The translations under genes and the position numbers were made by a program. Of a DNA stretch of 64,000 bases, positions 53,987 to 63,310 are shown piece by piece (position 1 is the stretch's first letter; the number at the start of each line of letters is the position of its first letter). The notes beneath the pieces were generated by a model that had not been told where the DNA came from, made no database searches, and was given only the letters and a program-made list of their open reading frames with translations. The DNA is from Terriglobia bacterium. GTDB lineage: Bacteria > Acidobacteriota > Terriglobia > JAJPHL01 > JAPKYU01. The stretch covers positions 288,001 through 352,000 of the forward strand of contig CBDCVK010000002.1 of assembly GCA_965223005.1 (NCBI GenBank). Direction: 5' to 3'.

Positions 53987-54547
53987 CTACTGGGCGCGTT
54001 CCTGATAGGTCCCTTCTGCGGTGTTCACGCGGACCCTGTCCCCGGTGTTGACGAACGGGGGAACCTGCACGACGAGTCCAGTCTCCAACTTGGCGGGCTT
54101 CATCATGTTGGAGGCGGTGGCGCCTTTCAGCGACGGCTCCGTCTCCACCACTTCCAGGTCCACGGTGGCCGGCAGTTGGATGCCGACCGGTTTCCCGTCG
54201 TAGAACTCCACAGTGATCTTGATGTTGGGTACCAAGTACTCTGTCGTTTCACCCAGTGTCTCGTTTCTCAGGTGGGTCTGTTCGTAGGTCTCCGTGTTCA
54301 TGAAGTGGTAGTCCTCACCATCCCGGTACAGGTACTCCATCTCCTGCGCGTCCAGGATGGCTCGCTCCACGCGGTCTTCTGAACTGAACCGGTAATCCAC
54401 CATCGCCCCAGAGCGGAGGTTGCGCATGCGAGTCTGTACAAAACCTCGTTTGTTCCCGGGAGTGCGGTGGGAAGCGCTGAAGATGGAGTACAACTCGCCC
54501 TCATGTTTGATGAGGACACCTGGCCGCAACTGGGTTGCCTGAAGCAT
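53987..54547 (-). CDS. efp: Elongation factor P
   Basis: YLYRDG..YHFMN.ETYEQ, KPAKLETG, VPPFV; loop HRTPGNKRGF. Confidence 0.96.
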   Translation of the reverse strand: MLQATQLRPGVLIKHEGELYSIFSASHRTPGNKRGFVQTRMRNLRSGAMVDYRFSSEDRVERAILDAQEMEYLYRDGEDYHFMNTETYEQTHLRNETLGETTEYLVPNIKITVEFYDGKPVGIQLPATVDLEVVETEPSLKGATASNMMKPAKLETGLVVQVPPFVNTGDRVRVNTAEGTYQERAQ

Positions 54548-54621
54548 GAACGGTAGAACTCCTCTGGGTTTCCGGGGCTCGACGACCCGCCGATGGCGGG
54601 CCTTGACCTACGCAATTCTTC

Positions 54622-54650
54622 ATTATAGTCGGAAGCCATGCCGGGCGCAA
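54622..54650 (-). promoter_or_regulatory. sigma70-type promoter of efp
   Basis: TTGCGC-N17-TATAAT on minus strand. Confidence 0.6.
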
Positions 54651-54771
54651 CGCAGGCCCGGGAGCAATTCCGCGGCTCTGCCGGGACGGATCGTTTTGCG
54701 AGCGGAACTCGCGTCGCTCGCACGGGCTGGCCATCAGGGCACTTAAGATAAGGAGGGCAGGGAAGCCGAGG

Positions 54772-55446
54772 CTAGCGGAGGCGGTCGGTCGGTTCTGAGT
54801 CGGGACTTTGCAGTCGCGAGGAGCGCGAGGAGAAAAGAAACGACAGGTGGTCCAGCCGTGCGGAAAACTCCAGAAATTCGGCTTGCTTCTCGCGTGTGGG
54901 GAAGAATACGGTGCCTTCGCGGAATTCGCCGGGGGGAACTTCCGTCCGTTGCAGCACCAACGCGGAAACAGTGGCGGCCGCTCGAAACCGCCCGCCGCCT
55001 GAGGCCTGCGCGATCTGTTTCCGCTTCTGGTAGTAGCCGACCGCCTGGGGGTTCTTAAACCCGTAGAGGTTGCGTTCATAGGCGCGCACCAGCGACAGGA
55101 CATCGTCATAGCGCGCCCGCCGCATCACTTCCCTCACCACCCGGTCCTCCGGCAGCCCGACAACCTTGACCGGCTGTGGCACCATGGGACTGCGTGTCTT
55201 CGTGGTGAAGGCCTGTGGCCCGACCTGGATGGGGCATGACGAACCGTTCGTGATCCACACATGGGCGGCCGAATATCCCAGGATGGTGAGTTCCAGAGGT
55301 GCGACCATCACGGTCACCCCTCCTTTGCTCAGCACCGAGTAGTTCAGCCCGCGGTAAGGGACTTCAATTGTCCGAGCGGGCGTCTGGGCTTGCGCGCAGA
55401 CCACAAGCAGCGCTTCGAGACCGATCGCGCACCATGCCAACCGCAT
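54772..55446 (-). CDS. Hypothetical secreted protein
   Basis: Signal peptide ending AQA; co-oriented with sixA and atoE. Confidence 0.65.
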   Translation of the reverse strand: MRLAWCAIGLEALLVVCAQAQTPARTIEVPYRGLNYSVLSKGGVTVMVAPLELTILGYSAAHVWITNGSSCPIQVGPQAFTTKTRSPMVPQPVKVVGLPEDRVVREVMRRARYDDVLSLVRAYERNLYGFKNPQAVGYYQKRKQIAQASGGGRFRAAATVSALVLQRTEVPPGEFREGTVFFPTREKQAEFLEFSARLDHLSFLFSSRSSRLQSPDSEPTDRLR

Positions 55447-55479
55447 CGGAGAACTCGCGTTCTGTCTCAAGTATAACGG

Positions 55480-55965
55480 CTAGGGAGCCGAATGGGCGGC
55501 GGCAAGTTCTGGCACCAGCGCCCATTCCAGTTCCCAGGCGTCAGAATGCTGCCGGGCCAGGCAGACTACGCCCCCCATCCGGAAGCGCACGACCGGCCGC
55601 TCAGTAGTGCCTGTCAGCAAGTGCGCCGCCAGGCGGCTCAGATGGGGTAGATGTCCCACCAGCATCAGGTCACCCGAGCTGCCGGCGACCAATTCCAGGG
55701 CTGCTCCGGGAGGGTCATTGGGTGCCAGTCCGCCAACGGCCTCCGGCGTGGCAGTCAAACCGAGGCAAGAACACAGAATTTCGGCAGTCTGCGCCGCCCG
55801 CAGCTTGCCGCTGTGCCGGATGGGCAGGCCGCCTGGCAACAAGCCGGTTTTCACCAGATGCCTGCCGACGGTTCCTACGGTCTTGCGTCCTGCTTCGGAA
55901 AGCGGCCGCTCCGGGTCCTCGGATTCCGACTTGCTCTCGCCGTGCTGGACCAAGTACAGCTTCAT
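55480..55965 (-). CDS. sixA: Phosphohistidine phosphatase SixA
   Basis: LYLVQHG, RPLS, HSGKLRAAQT, LVGHLPHL. Confidence 0.9.
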   Translation of the reverse strand: MKLYLVQHGESKSESEDPERPLSEAGRKTVGTVGRHLVKTGLLPGGLPIRHSGKLRAAQTAEILCSCLGLTATPEAVGGLAPNDPPGAALELVAGSSGDLMLVGHLPHLSRLAAHLLTGTTERPVVRFRMGGVVCLARQHSDAWELEWALVPELAAAHSAP

Positions 55966-56051
55966 CGGAACTACCTTTCTTGGACTGGCCGAGCGGCCAG
56001 TCCGAATTACTCTTTGCGCTGCTGTTTCACAACGAGGCCCACGGAGACCGC

Positions 56052-57380
56052 CTACGCCAGCAGCAAGAGCACGAGCGAAGACAGCACCGTACTCAGCAGG
56101 AAGGTCATCACGCAGTAACCCATGATGTCGCGGATGCCCAGCCCGGCGATGGCCAGGACGGGCAGCGCAAAGAAGGGTTGCAGCATGTTGCCGGTTTGGT
56201 CGCCAAAAGCAACGGCCATGGCGGTGACCGATGGCGCGACGCCGAGCTCAATACTGGGCGGGATCATGAACGGCCCCTGCACCGCCCATTGCCCTCCTCC
56301 GGAAGGAATGAACACGGTGATCACCGTCGCGGAGAAGAAGCTCCACAGAGGCAAGGTGCGCGGGGTGGAAACCGCGACGACTCCGCTGGAAATCCAGTCG
56401 GCCAATCCGGCTCCCATCAGACCCATAATGCCACCGTAGAGAGGGTACTGGAGCGCCAAGGGGCCGGCCACGTGGGCGGATTGATAGAAGGCACGAGCAT
56501 AGGCGATCGGACGAACGTGAAAGATCAGACCCGCTACCAGGAACCCCAGGATGAGCACGTCAAAGTTAATGGAGAAGCCATTGCGGTAGAAATGACGGGC
56601 CAGGTATGCTGCGCCCATCGCCGCCAGCAGCAGGCCTAACACCGGACTGTTTTCCAGCCGCGCTGCGGGAGTGCGTTCCGGCGTCGCCGGCGGCTCCTCC
56701 GGGTCGGGCAGCAGGTTGGGGTCGGCGGGCCGCGTCTGTTCCGGCGTCGGCATCATGGCCCAGAACAGCAGCGGCAAGAGCACCAGCGTGGCGGCCACCA
56801 GGGCCAAGTTGTAGGGTGCCAGCAGAGTCTCGCTCACCGGCGTCACAGCGCGTCCGGTATAGGTGGCAATGACGTTCATCGGACTGCCTTCGGTGGCCGA
56901 AACCAGGGCGATCGAACTGGATAGCCCCGAACCCCAGACCACGAAACCGGAGTAGGCGCACGCAACCAGGAAGGCGAAGTCCACCCGAACCCGGCGCCCC
57001 ACTTCCCGCGCCACCAACGCACCGACCACCAGACCGAATCCCCAGTTCAACAGCGAACTGAACGTGGCCACCAGCACCACCAGGATCGCAGCGCTGGCCG
57101 GCCTGCGAGGGCGAGACGCCACCCAACCCAACAAACGTCGCACCGGGGTCGACTTGGCCAGCGTGTAGCCGGTCAGCAGGGTCAGGATCATCTGCATGGC
57201 AAACGTCAGGATTTTCCACAGCCCCGCATACCAGAATCCCAACAGGTCCATGGGTCCGTGCGGAGTCACGGCCAGGGCCAGACCGAAGGTCACAAACGTC
57301 AGCAACAACGCCAGCAAGAATGGGTCCGGCATGTAGCGTTGTGCCAGCCCGACGAAGAAGGCAGCCAGTCGGCGAAGCAT
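56052..57380 (-). CDS. atoE: Short-chain fatty acid transporter
   Basis: MPDPF, FAMQM, NWGFGLV, QYPLYGGIMG, PSGGGQW, NMLQPF. Confidence 0.92.
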   Translation of the reverse strand: MLRRLAAFFVGLAQRYMPDPFLLALLLTFVTFGLALAVTPHGPMDLLGFWYAGLWKILTFAMQMILTLLTGYTLAKSTPVRRLLGWVASRPRRPASAAILVVLVATFSSLLNWGFGLVVGALVAREVGRRVRVDFAFLVACAYSGFVVWGSGLSSSIALVSATEGSPMNVIATYTGRAVTPVSETLLAPYNLALVAATLVLLPLLFWAMMPTPEQTRPADPNLLPDPEEPPATPERTPAARLENSPVLGLLLAAMGAAYLARHFYRNGFSINFDVLILGFLVAGLIFHVRPIAYARAFYQSAHVAGPLALQYPLYGGIMGLMGAGLADWISSGVVAVSTPRTLPLWSFFSATVITVFIPSGGGQWAVQGPFMIPPSIELGVAPSVTAMAVAFGDQTGNMLQPFFALPVLAIAGLGIRDIMGYCVMTFLLSTVLSSLVLLLLA

Positions 57381-57421
57381 AGGCGGCGGTCTTAGCTCTC
57401 AGGTGTCAGGTTGCGGTCGCG

Positions 57422-57477
57422 AGCCTCACGACCAAAGTCTCAAGCCTAAAGGCTCACGCCTCCAGGCTCAAGCCCCA
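57422..57477. repeat. 7-mer tandem repeat x8
   Basis: AGCCTCA-CGACCAA-AGTCTCA-AGCCTAA-AGGCTCA-CGCCTCC-AGGCTCA-AGCCCCA. Confidence 0.6.
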
Positions 57478-57537
57478 TGTGCACCCACAACCGGCACCTG
57501 TTATAGTGGCCTGCCCAATCTTCCAAGGAGACTGCCC

Positions 57538-58524
57538 ATGCACGAGTTCAACGCCGCGTTGCTGATTGCGTCGTTATTGCTGTTTTCGACCCTGGCCGGC
57601 GCCGCGCCAGAAGTGAAGATTGAGAAAGCGCCTTACAAAGGCTGGTCGAACTGCTACCGGATGACCAACGGTCAGATCGAGCTGATTCTGACGGCCGATG
57701 TGGGACCGCGGATTATCCGGTTTGGTTTCGTCGGCGAGGAGAACGAGTTCAAGGAATATGCGGACCAGGTGGGTAAAACCGGCGGCAGCGAGTGGCGAAT
57801 CTACGGCGGGCACAGGCTCTGGCACGCTCCCGAGCTGCGGCCTCGCAGTTACGCACCGGATAATTCGCCCATTGAGGTGCGCGCTGGGGACGGACGGCTG
57901 CACGCGATCCAGCCGGTGGAGGAGACCACGGGTATCCAAAAGGAGATCGAGATCCGGATGGCAGCCGATGCCCCGCGGGTCGAGGTAATTCACAGGCTCC
58001 GCAACAAGAACGCCTGGGCAATAGAAATAGCGCCCTGGTCGATCAGCGTGCTGGCACAGGGAGGCCGGGTCATCGTCCCGATGCCGCCGCGCGCCAAGCA
58101 CACCGAGATGGTGGTACCAACGCACCCGCTGGTGTTGTGGGCCTATACCGATTTTCGCGATCCACGCTGGACCCTGGGCTTCAAGTACATCACCCTGCAG
58201 CAGGACCCTGGGGGCGTTCCGCAGAAGGCGGGCGCCACGGTCCCGGATGGCTGGTCAGCCTATCTGCGCAACGGACACCTGTTCGTAAAGAAGTTTGATT
58301 TTGTTAAAGAGGGCACTTATCCCGATTTTGGCAGCTCGGTGGAGATCTTCACCAACGCCGACATGCTTGAACTGGAGACTCTGAGCCCCCTGGGCACACT
58401 CGCCCCGGGAGCTACCGTGGAACACACCGAGCGTTGGTCGCTGCACAAGGGGGTAGCACTGGAAAGCTGGGACGAGGAGGCCATTGACCGGGTGGTGCTG
58501 CCCCGCATCGCTGATTCCCGTTAA
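57538..58524 (+). CDS. Conserved secreted protein (possible galactose mutarotase-like fold)
   Basis: AAGGAG SD, signal peptide; VGPRII, YGGHRLWHAPE, YPDFG, ELETLSP. Confidence 0.75.
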   Translation: MHEFNAALLIASLLLFSTLAGAAPEVKIEKAPYKGWSNCYRMTNGQIELILTADVGPRIIRFGFVGEENEFKEYADQVGKTGGSEWRIYGGHRLWHAPELRPRSYAPDNSPIEVRAGDGRLHAIQPVEETTGIQKEIEIRMAADAPRVEVIHRLRNKNAWAIEIAPWSISVLAQGGRVIVPMPPRAKHTEMVVPTHPLVLWAYTDFRDPRWTLGFKYITLQQDPGGVPQKAGATVPDGWSAYLRNGHLFVKKFDFVKEGTYPDFGSSVEIFTNADMLELETLSPLGTLAPGATVEHTERWSLHKGVALESWDEEAIDRVVLPRIADSR

Positions 58525-58596
58525 CGCTCCTGCTCCGTAGGAGCAACGCCGCTCGGTGCCGTCTCCGCGAGAACCGGACAAACCACCTCCGTGGGT

Positions 58597-61119
58597 TTAC
58601 ACGCGTAGTTCCACGATGGTGGCGCCCGTGCCGCCCTCCTGCTGCGGCGCCGGGTAAAAGCGCTCTACCTGGGGGTGGATGCCGAAAAACTCGTGCAGGG
58701 TCTTGCGTAGCACACCCATCCCGTGGCCGTGGATGACGCGCACCTTTGGCATGGCGGCCAGGACAGCCGAGTCCAGGAACTTGTCCACCCGCTCGCGAGC
58801 TTCCTCCGCGGTGCTGCCGATCACGTTGATCTCGGAAGAGGAAACGTCGGTGCGGGCCTCCAGGTGGACGGTGACGTTTTCGGGGACCTGGCTCGATTGA
58901 GGTTCGGCGACCGCCTCGATCTGATCCAGGGAGACCTTCATTTTCATGGCGCCAACCTCTACCTCCAGGTGGTTCCAGTCCAGGCGCCGCCGCACCACTC
59001 CCTGACGTCCCAAAGCCCGGACACGAACCCTGTCGCCCTCGCGGAGGGCAAGCAGCGGGCGGGGCGCTTTCTCGGTTCTGGCCTGTGCTTCCTCCGCCGT
59101 ACCCCCTAACTGCTGCACCACTGCCGTGTCGAACTCCTCTCGCAGTTGGCTCCGGGCACGGGCGACGCGGCGCTCGGCCTGCTTTTGCAGGCGCCGGTCG
59201 TCAATCTGCTGCAGCACGGCGCGCGCCTGCTGGTCAAACTCGCCCAGCAGCGACTCCACCCGCTGCTCCATGTCATCCAGTCGGCGCCTTTCGCGCTTTT
59301 CCCACTGGGCGGCCACCTGTGCAGTGCGCTCCCGCAGTTGCCGCTCTCGCGCCGCCACCTCTGCCCGGAGCCGCTCTGCTTCCTCGGTGCTCTGGTGGAG
59401 TTCGGTTAGCAGGCGCGACACCTCCTCGTCCTGCGTGCTGAGCGCCTGACGCGCCCGGGCCAGAATCTCCCGCTGCAAACCCAACCGCTGGGCAATCGCA
59501 ATCCCGCTGGATTTTCCAGGGATTCCGATATTCAGCCGGTAAGTGGGTCGCAGTGTGCGCTCATCGAATCCCACCGACGCGCTGAGCACTCCGGAGGTGT
59601 TGGTGGCGTACGCTTTCAGAGCCAGGTGGTGGGTAGATGCCAGCACCAGGGCGCCGGACCGCAGGAAGTAATCCGCAATCGCCACTGCCAGTGCGCCGCC
59701 CTCTTGTGGATCGGTGGCGGCGCCGAGCTCGTCCAGCAAGACCAGGGTGCGCTCGCTGGGTGTTCCCGGCGGTGTCTGCTCAACCATCCGCTGGATGTTG
59801 GTGAGGTGAGCGGAAAACGTGCTGAGGCTCTCCTGGATGGATTGGTAGTCGCCGATGTCGGCCAACACCTGCTCCAGCAGGGGCAAGTCAGCCTCGGCGG
59901 CCGGCACCGGGATGCCGGCCTGCGCAGCCAGCACCAGCAGCCCCAAGGTTTTTAGCGCCACGGTCTTGCCGCCGGCATTGGGGCCGCTGATGACCATCAC
60001 GCGATGTTCCCGGTCCAGCTCAAGGGACAGCGGGACGATGCCGGAGGGCGCGGTGGAGGGTCGCCCGGGCGCCCCTGTCGGCGTGCCGGGGCGAGCTTGC
60101 GCACGACTGCGACGGCGCAGCACTTCCTGAAGCAGCGGATGGCGCGCCTCACGCAAGCAGAGGCGCGGCTCGGTGTTGAAGCGCGGCGTCACGCAGGCGA
60201 ACTCGACGGCATAACGTCCCTTGGCGAAAGCGACATCCAGTTCCGTGATGATTTCCAGCGCCAGTTGCACGCCGCCGGCCTGTTCGCGCAACCGGGCGGT
60301 CATCTCGCGCAGGATGCGGTGCACCTCCTGCAACTCCTCTTCGACCAGCGCCACCAGTTCGTTGTTGAGCTCGATAGTCTGCATCGGCTCCACGAACAGG
60401 GTCTGGCCGCTGGAACTGGACCCATGCACCACGCCGTCCAGCCGCCGCCGGGCGCCCACCTTCACGGGCACCACAAAACGCTCGTTGCGGATGGTGACCA
60501 GCTCCTCTTGCAGGATGTCTTCTTCCGCGTGCCGCCGCAGGAACGAGTTCAGTGACTCCTGCACAGCTCTTTTCTGCTTTTCGATTTCCCGGCGAAGTCG
60601 CCACAATTCCAGCGAGGCGTGGTCCTCCAGGGTGCCGTCTGGCCGAATTTTGCCGCTGAGTTCGCGCAGGAGGCGGCGAAATTCGCCAATGCCGGCGGCC
60701 AGCTCGGCCAACACCGGGAAGCGATCGCGACGGGCCGTCAAAACGTGTTTGCAGTCGCCGGCGCGGTCCAGCAGCTGCAGCACGGCGGAGATTTCCGAGG
60801 GCTCCAGTTCAGCGCCCTCCATACGCAGGTTGGCCAGCACCGGCTCCAGGTCGCCGATGCCCCCAAAGTCCAGCCGCAGCAGAGGGGCGGATTTGCCGGG
60901 TCCCGACCCACCCTTGCTGGATTCGGCAGGGGCGGGCGGAGCCGCCGCGCGCAGGTATTCGGTTGCCTCCCGCGACCGGTCCAGTTGGACTTCCAACTGT
61001 TCCCGATCGTGATGGGGGCGCAATGCCAGCAGTCGCTTGCGGCCGCCCGGCGTGCGCGCGTAGCGCCCGAGCAGGGCCAGCAGCGCCGGAAATTCCAATA
61101 CTTCCAGATCGGCGCGCAT
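58597..61119 (-). CDS. mutS2: Endonuclease MutS2
   Basis: ARHPLL, SGPNAGGKT, SLSTFS, LDELG, C-terminal Smr domain (IHGHG..LRK, GGTGAT). Confidence 0.96.
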   Translation of the reverse strand: MRADLEVLEFPALLALLGRYARTPGGRKRLLALRPHHDREQLEVQLDRSREATEYLRAAAPPAPAESSKGGSGPGKSAPLLRLDFGGIGDLEPVLANLRMEGAELEPSEISAVLQLLDRAGDCKHVLTARRDRFPVLAELAAGIGEFRRLLRELSGKIRPDGTLEDHASLELWRLRREIEKQKRAVQESLNSFLRRHAEEDILQEELVTIRNERFVVPVKVGARRRLDGVVHGSSSSGQTLFVEPMQTIELNNELVALVEEELQEVHRILREMTARLREQAGGVQLALEIITELDVAFAKGRYAVEFACVTPRFNTEPRLCLREARHPLLQEVLRRRSRAQARPGTPTGAPGRPSTAPSGIVPLSLELDREHRVMVISGPNAGGKTVALKTLGLLVLAAQAGIPVPAAEADLPLLEQVLADIGDYQSIQESLSTFSAHLTNIQRMVEQTPPGTPSERTLVLLDELGAATDPQEGGALAVAIADYFLRSGALVLASTHHLALKAYATNTSGVLSASVGFDERTLRPTYRLNIGIPGKSSGIAIAQRLGLQREILARARQALSTQDEEVSRLLTELHQSTEEAERLRAEVAARERQLRERTAQVAAQWEKRERRRLDDMEQRVESLLGEFDQQARAVLQQIDDRRLQKQAERRVARARSQLREEFDTAVVQQLGGTAEEAQARTEKAPRPLLALREGDRVRVRALGRQGVVRRRLDWNHLEVEVGAMKMKVSLDQIEAVAEPQSSQVPENVTVHLEARTDVSSSEINVIGSTAEEARERVDKFLDSAVLAAMPKVRVIHGHGMGVLRKTLHEFFGIHPQVERFYPAPQQEGGTGATIVELRV

Positions 61120-61201
61120 CAGAGAATCTCGGATTGGTGCACCGTGTAACTGTGTTTCATCCTCGTTATCACGAATTCGAAATATGCGGTTTGCAATCCA
61201 C

Positions 61202-63127
61202 TCACAAAATAACTCGGTCGTTGCCCACCCGCCGCGTGACTCGTTCGCGGTCCAGATACTCCAGCAAGGGAATGGCGTACTTGCGACTGATGCAGGCCAG
61301 GTCCTTGAAGCTGGACACGTTCAGCCGGTCGCTCCGCGCTTTGTAGTGTGCGAGCTGCGCGCGCAATCGCTCGATGGCGCTGCGGTGAAACACCAGCTCC
61401 TCGCTCACCTTGACCAGCACCAATTCCTTGATCAGGATTCGCAGAATCTTCTGAGCGCGCTGCGACTCGACCGGCAATTTCCCCAGCACTTCTTTGACCG
61501 AGGGCACCGTCAGCCCGGCGTTTCCAAACGCGGCGGTGATCCGCTGCTTCGCCTGCTCTTCTTCCTCGGTGAGGACAATCCGGCGCCCGGCCTGCTTGAC
61601 AATCTCGCCCTGAGCTTCCAGGCGGCCTTCGGCCGCCAGGCGGGCCAGCGCCGCCTCGAAGACCAGCGGCGACAGGCGGCCGAAACTGCGGTCGCGGAGT
61701 TCCTCCTTTGGGATGCCGGGCAGCAGCGGGTTGGCGGCGTGAAATTGCTCGACAAGTGCTGTCGCTTCCGCCAGCAGCCCGCGGAACCGCTTGCCATGTG
61801 CCAGAACCAGCGGCGAGTCCGACAAAATCTCGACTTTCTTCTGCCGGGCCAGCGCGCCTGCCGTTTCGCGCAGCTCGCTTTCCAGCCAGCCGGTGCGAGC
61901 GATCAGTTGCGACGCGGCGACAGCCGGCTCCCCGCGCTGGAGCACCGCCAGTAGGACTTCCTCCCGGGACCCGGTCTCTAGAATCTTCAGGAATTCAGCC
62001 GCGTTTCCTCCCGTGCCTGACCTGGCGCGTCTGGGTGAAGCTTGATTGTCCAGCACGCGCCCGCCGCCGATGGTGATGACCGGCGAGAACTGCCGGATGA
62101 TGAACCGGTCGCCGGGCAGCAGCAACGTCGGTTCTCGCAGAAGGAGTTGGGCGTAGCTGCTGCTGCCCGGCTCCAGCTTTTCCATTCCCGTCCCCAGGCG
62201 CACTTCAGAAACGACCGCTGCTGTCCCACAGTGGAAATGCACGCGGGCGCGGTGTTTCAGAGGCCGGACTGAAGGCAGCAGGTGCAGCAGCGTCTCGATG
62301 CGCTGGGTCGGCTCAAACACGCCTGGCGCCGCCAGGGTCATCCCGCGCTCGAGCTCCGCGAGCTCGATGCCGGCCAGGTTCAACGCGGTGCGCTGTCCAG
62401 CCAGCGCGCGCTCGGCCGGCTGGCCGTGCACCTGGATGCCGCGGACGCGCAGCCGCCGGCGCGTCGGAAACAGTTCCACTTCGTTGTCCTTCGTTAGCGT
62501 GCCGGAGACCAGGGTGCCGGTAACCACCGGGCCAAAGCCCTTCATCACGAAGGAGCGATCAACGGGCAGGCGGAAGTGGCGCGAGGAGTCCTTCGCCGGC
62601 GCCGCCGCGGCCAGGCGGGCCAGTTCCGCCCTCAGCCGGTCGAGGCCTTCGCCGGTGCGCACGCTCACCGGAACAATGGGCGTCCCGGCAAGAAATGAGC
62701 CGCCGACGAACTCCTCCACCTCCAGCCGCACCAACTCAACCAGGTCGCGGTCCACCAGGTCGGTTTTGGTCAGCGCCACCAGGCCACGGCGCACGTCCAG
62801 CAAGCGGCAGATGTCGAAGTGCTCGCGCGTCTGGGGCTTGATGGACTCGTCCGCGGCCACCACGAACAGCACCAAGTCAATGCCGCCGATGCCGGCCAGC
62901 ATGTTCTTCACAAAGCGCTCGTGGCCCGGAACGTCCACGAATGCCAGGCGCAGCACGGGGCGGTCTGCCTGCGCCGGGATCTCCAGGTGCGCGAAGCCCA
63001 GGTCAATGGTGATGCCGCGTCGCTTCTCCTCAGCCAGCCGGTCGGGGTCGGTGCCGGTCAGCGCCTTGACCAGGGCGCTCTTGCCGTGGTCAATGTGCCC
63101 GGCCGTGCCAACAATGACGTGCTTCAT
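61202..63127 (-). CDS. selB: Selenocysteine-specific elongation factor
   Basis: GTAGHIDHGKS, RGITIDLGF, DVPGHE, C-terminal SRKYAIPLLEYLD. Confidence 0.96.
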   Translation of the reverse strand: MKHVIVGTAGHIDHGKSALVKALTGTDPDRLAEEKRRGITIDLGFAHLEIPAQADRPVLRLAFVDVPGHERFVKNMLAGIGGIDLVLFVVAADESIKPQTREHFDICRLLDVRRGLVALTKTDLVDRDLVELVRLEVEEFVGGSFLAGTPIVPVSVRTGEGLDRLRAELARLAAAAPAKDSSRHFRLPVDRSFVMKGFGPVVTGTLVSGTLTKDNEVELFPTRRRLRVRGIQVHGQPAERALAGQRTALNLAGIELAELERGMTLAAPGVFEPTQRIETLLHLLPSVRPLKHRARVHFHCGTAAVVSEVRLGTGMEKLEPGSSSYAQLLLREPTLLLPGDRFIIRQFSPVITIGGGRVLDNQASPRRARSGTGGNAAEFLKILETGSREEVLLAVLQRGEPAVAASQLIARTGWLESELRETAGALARQKKVEILSDSPLVLAHGKRFRGLLAEATALVEQFHAANPLLPGIPKEELRDRSFGRLSPLVFEAALARLAAEGRLEAQGEIVKQAGRRIVLTEEEEQAKQRITAAFGNAGLTVPSVKEVLGKLPVESQRAQKILRILIKELVLVKVSEELVFHRSAIERLRAQLAHYKARSDRLNVSSFKDLACISRKYAIPLLEYLDRERVTRRVGNDRVIL

Positions 63128-63310
63128 GGCGGAGTTTCATTCTAGCATCCGCAGGATTTGCCGGCGGGCTGCGGAGGTGCCAGTCCATCGGCCAGCCCCC
63201 TAGGCCTCTTCTGCTGCGTTCCCATGTTAGACTCACTGTTGCCGGGACGTACGCAACGCCGCCGGGACCTAAGCAACCCGGCGCCCGACACCTGAAACCC
63301 GGCATCTCTG

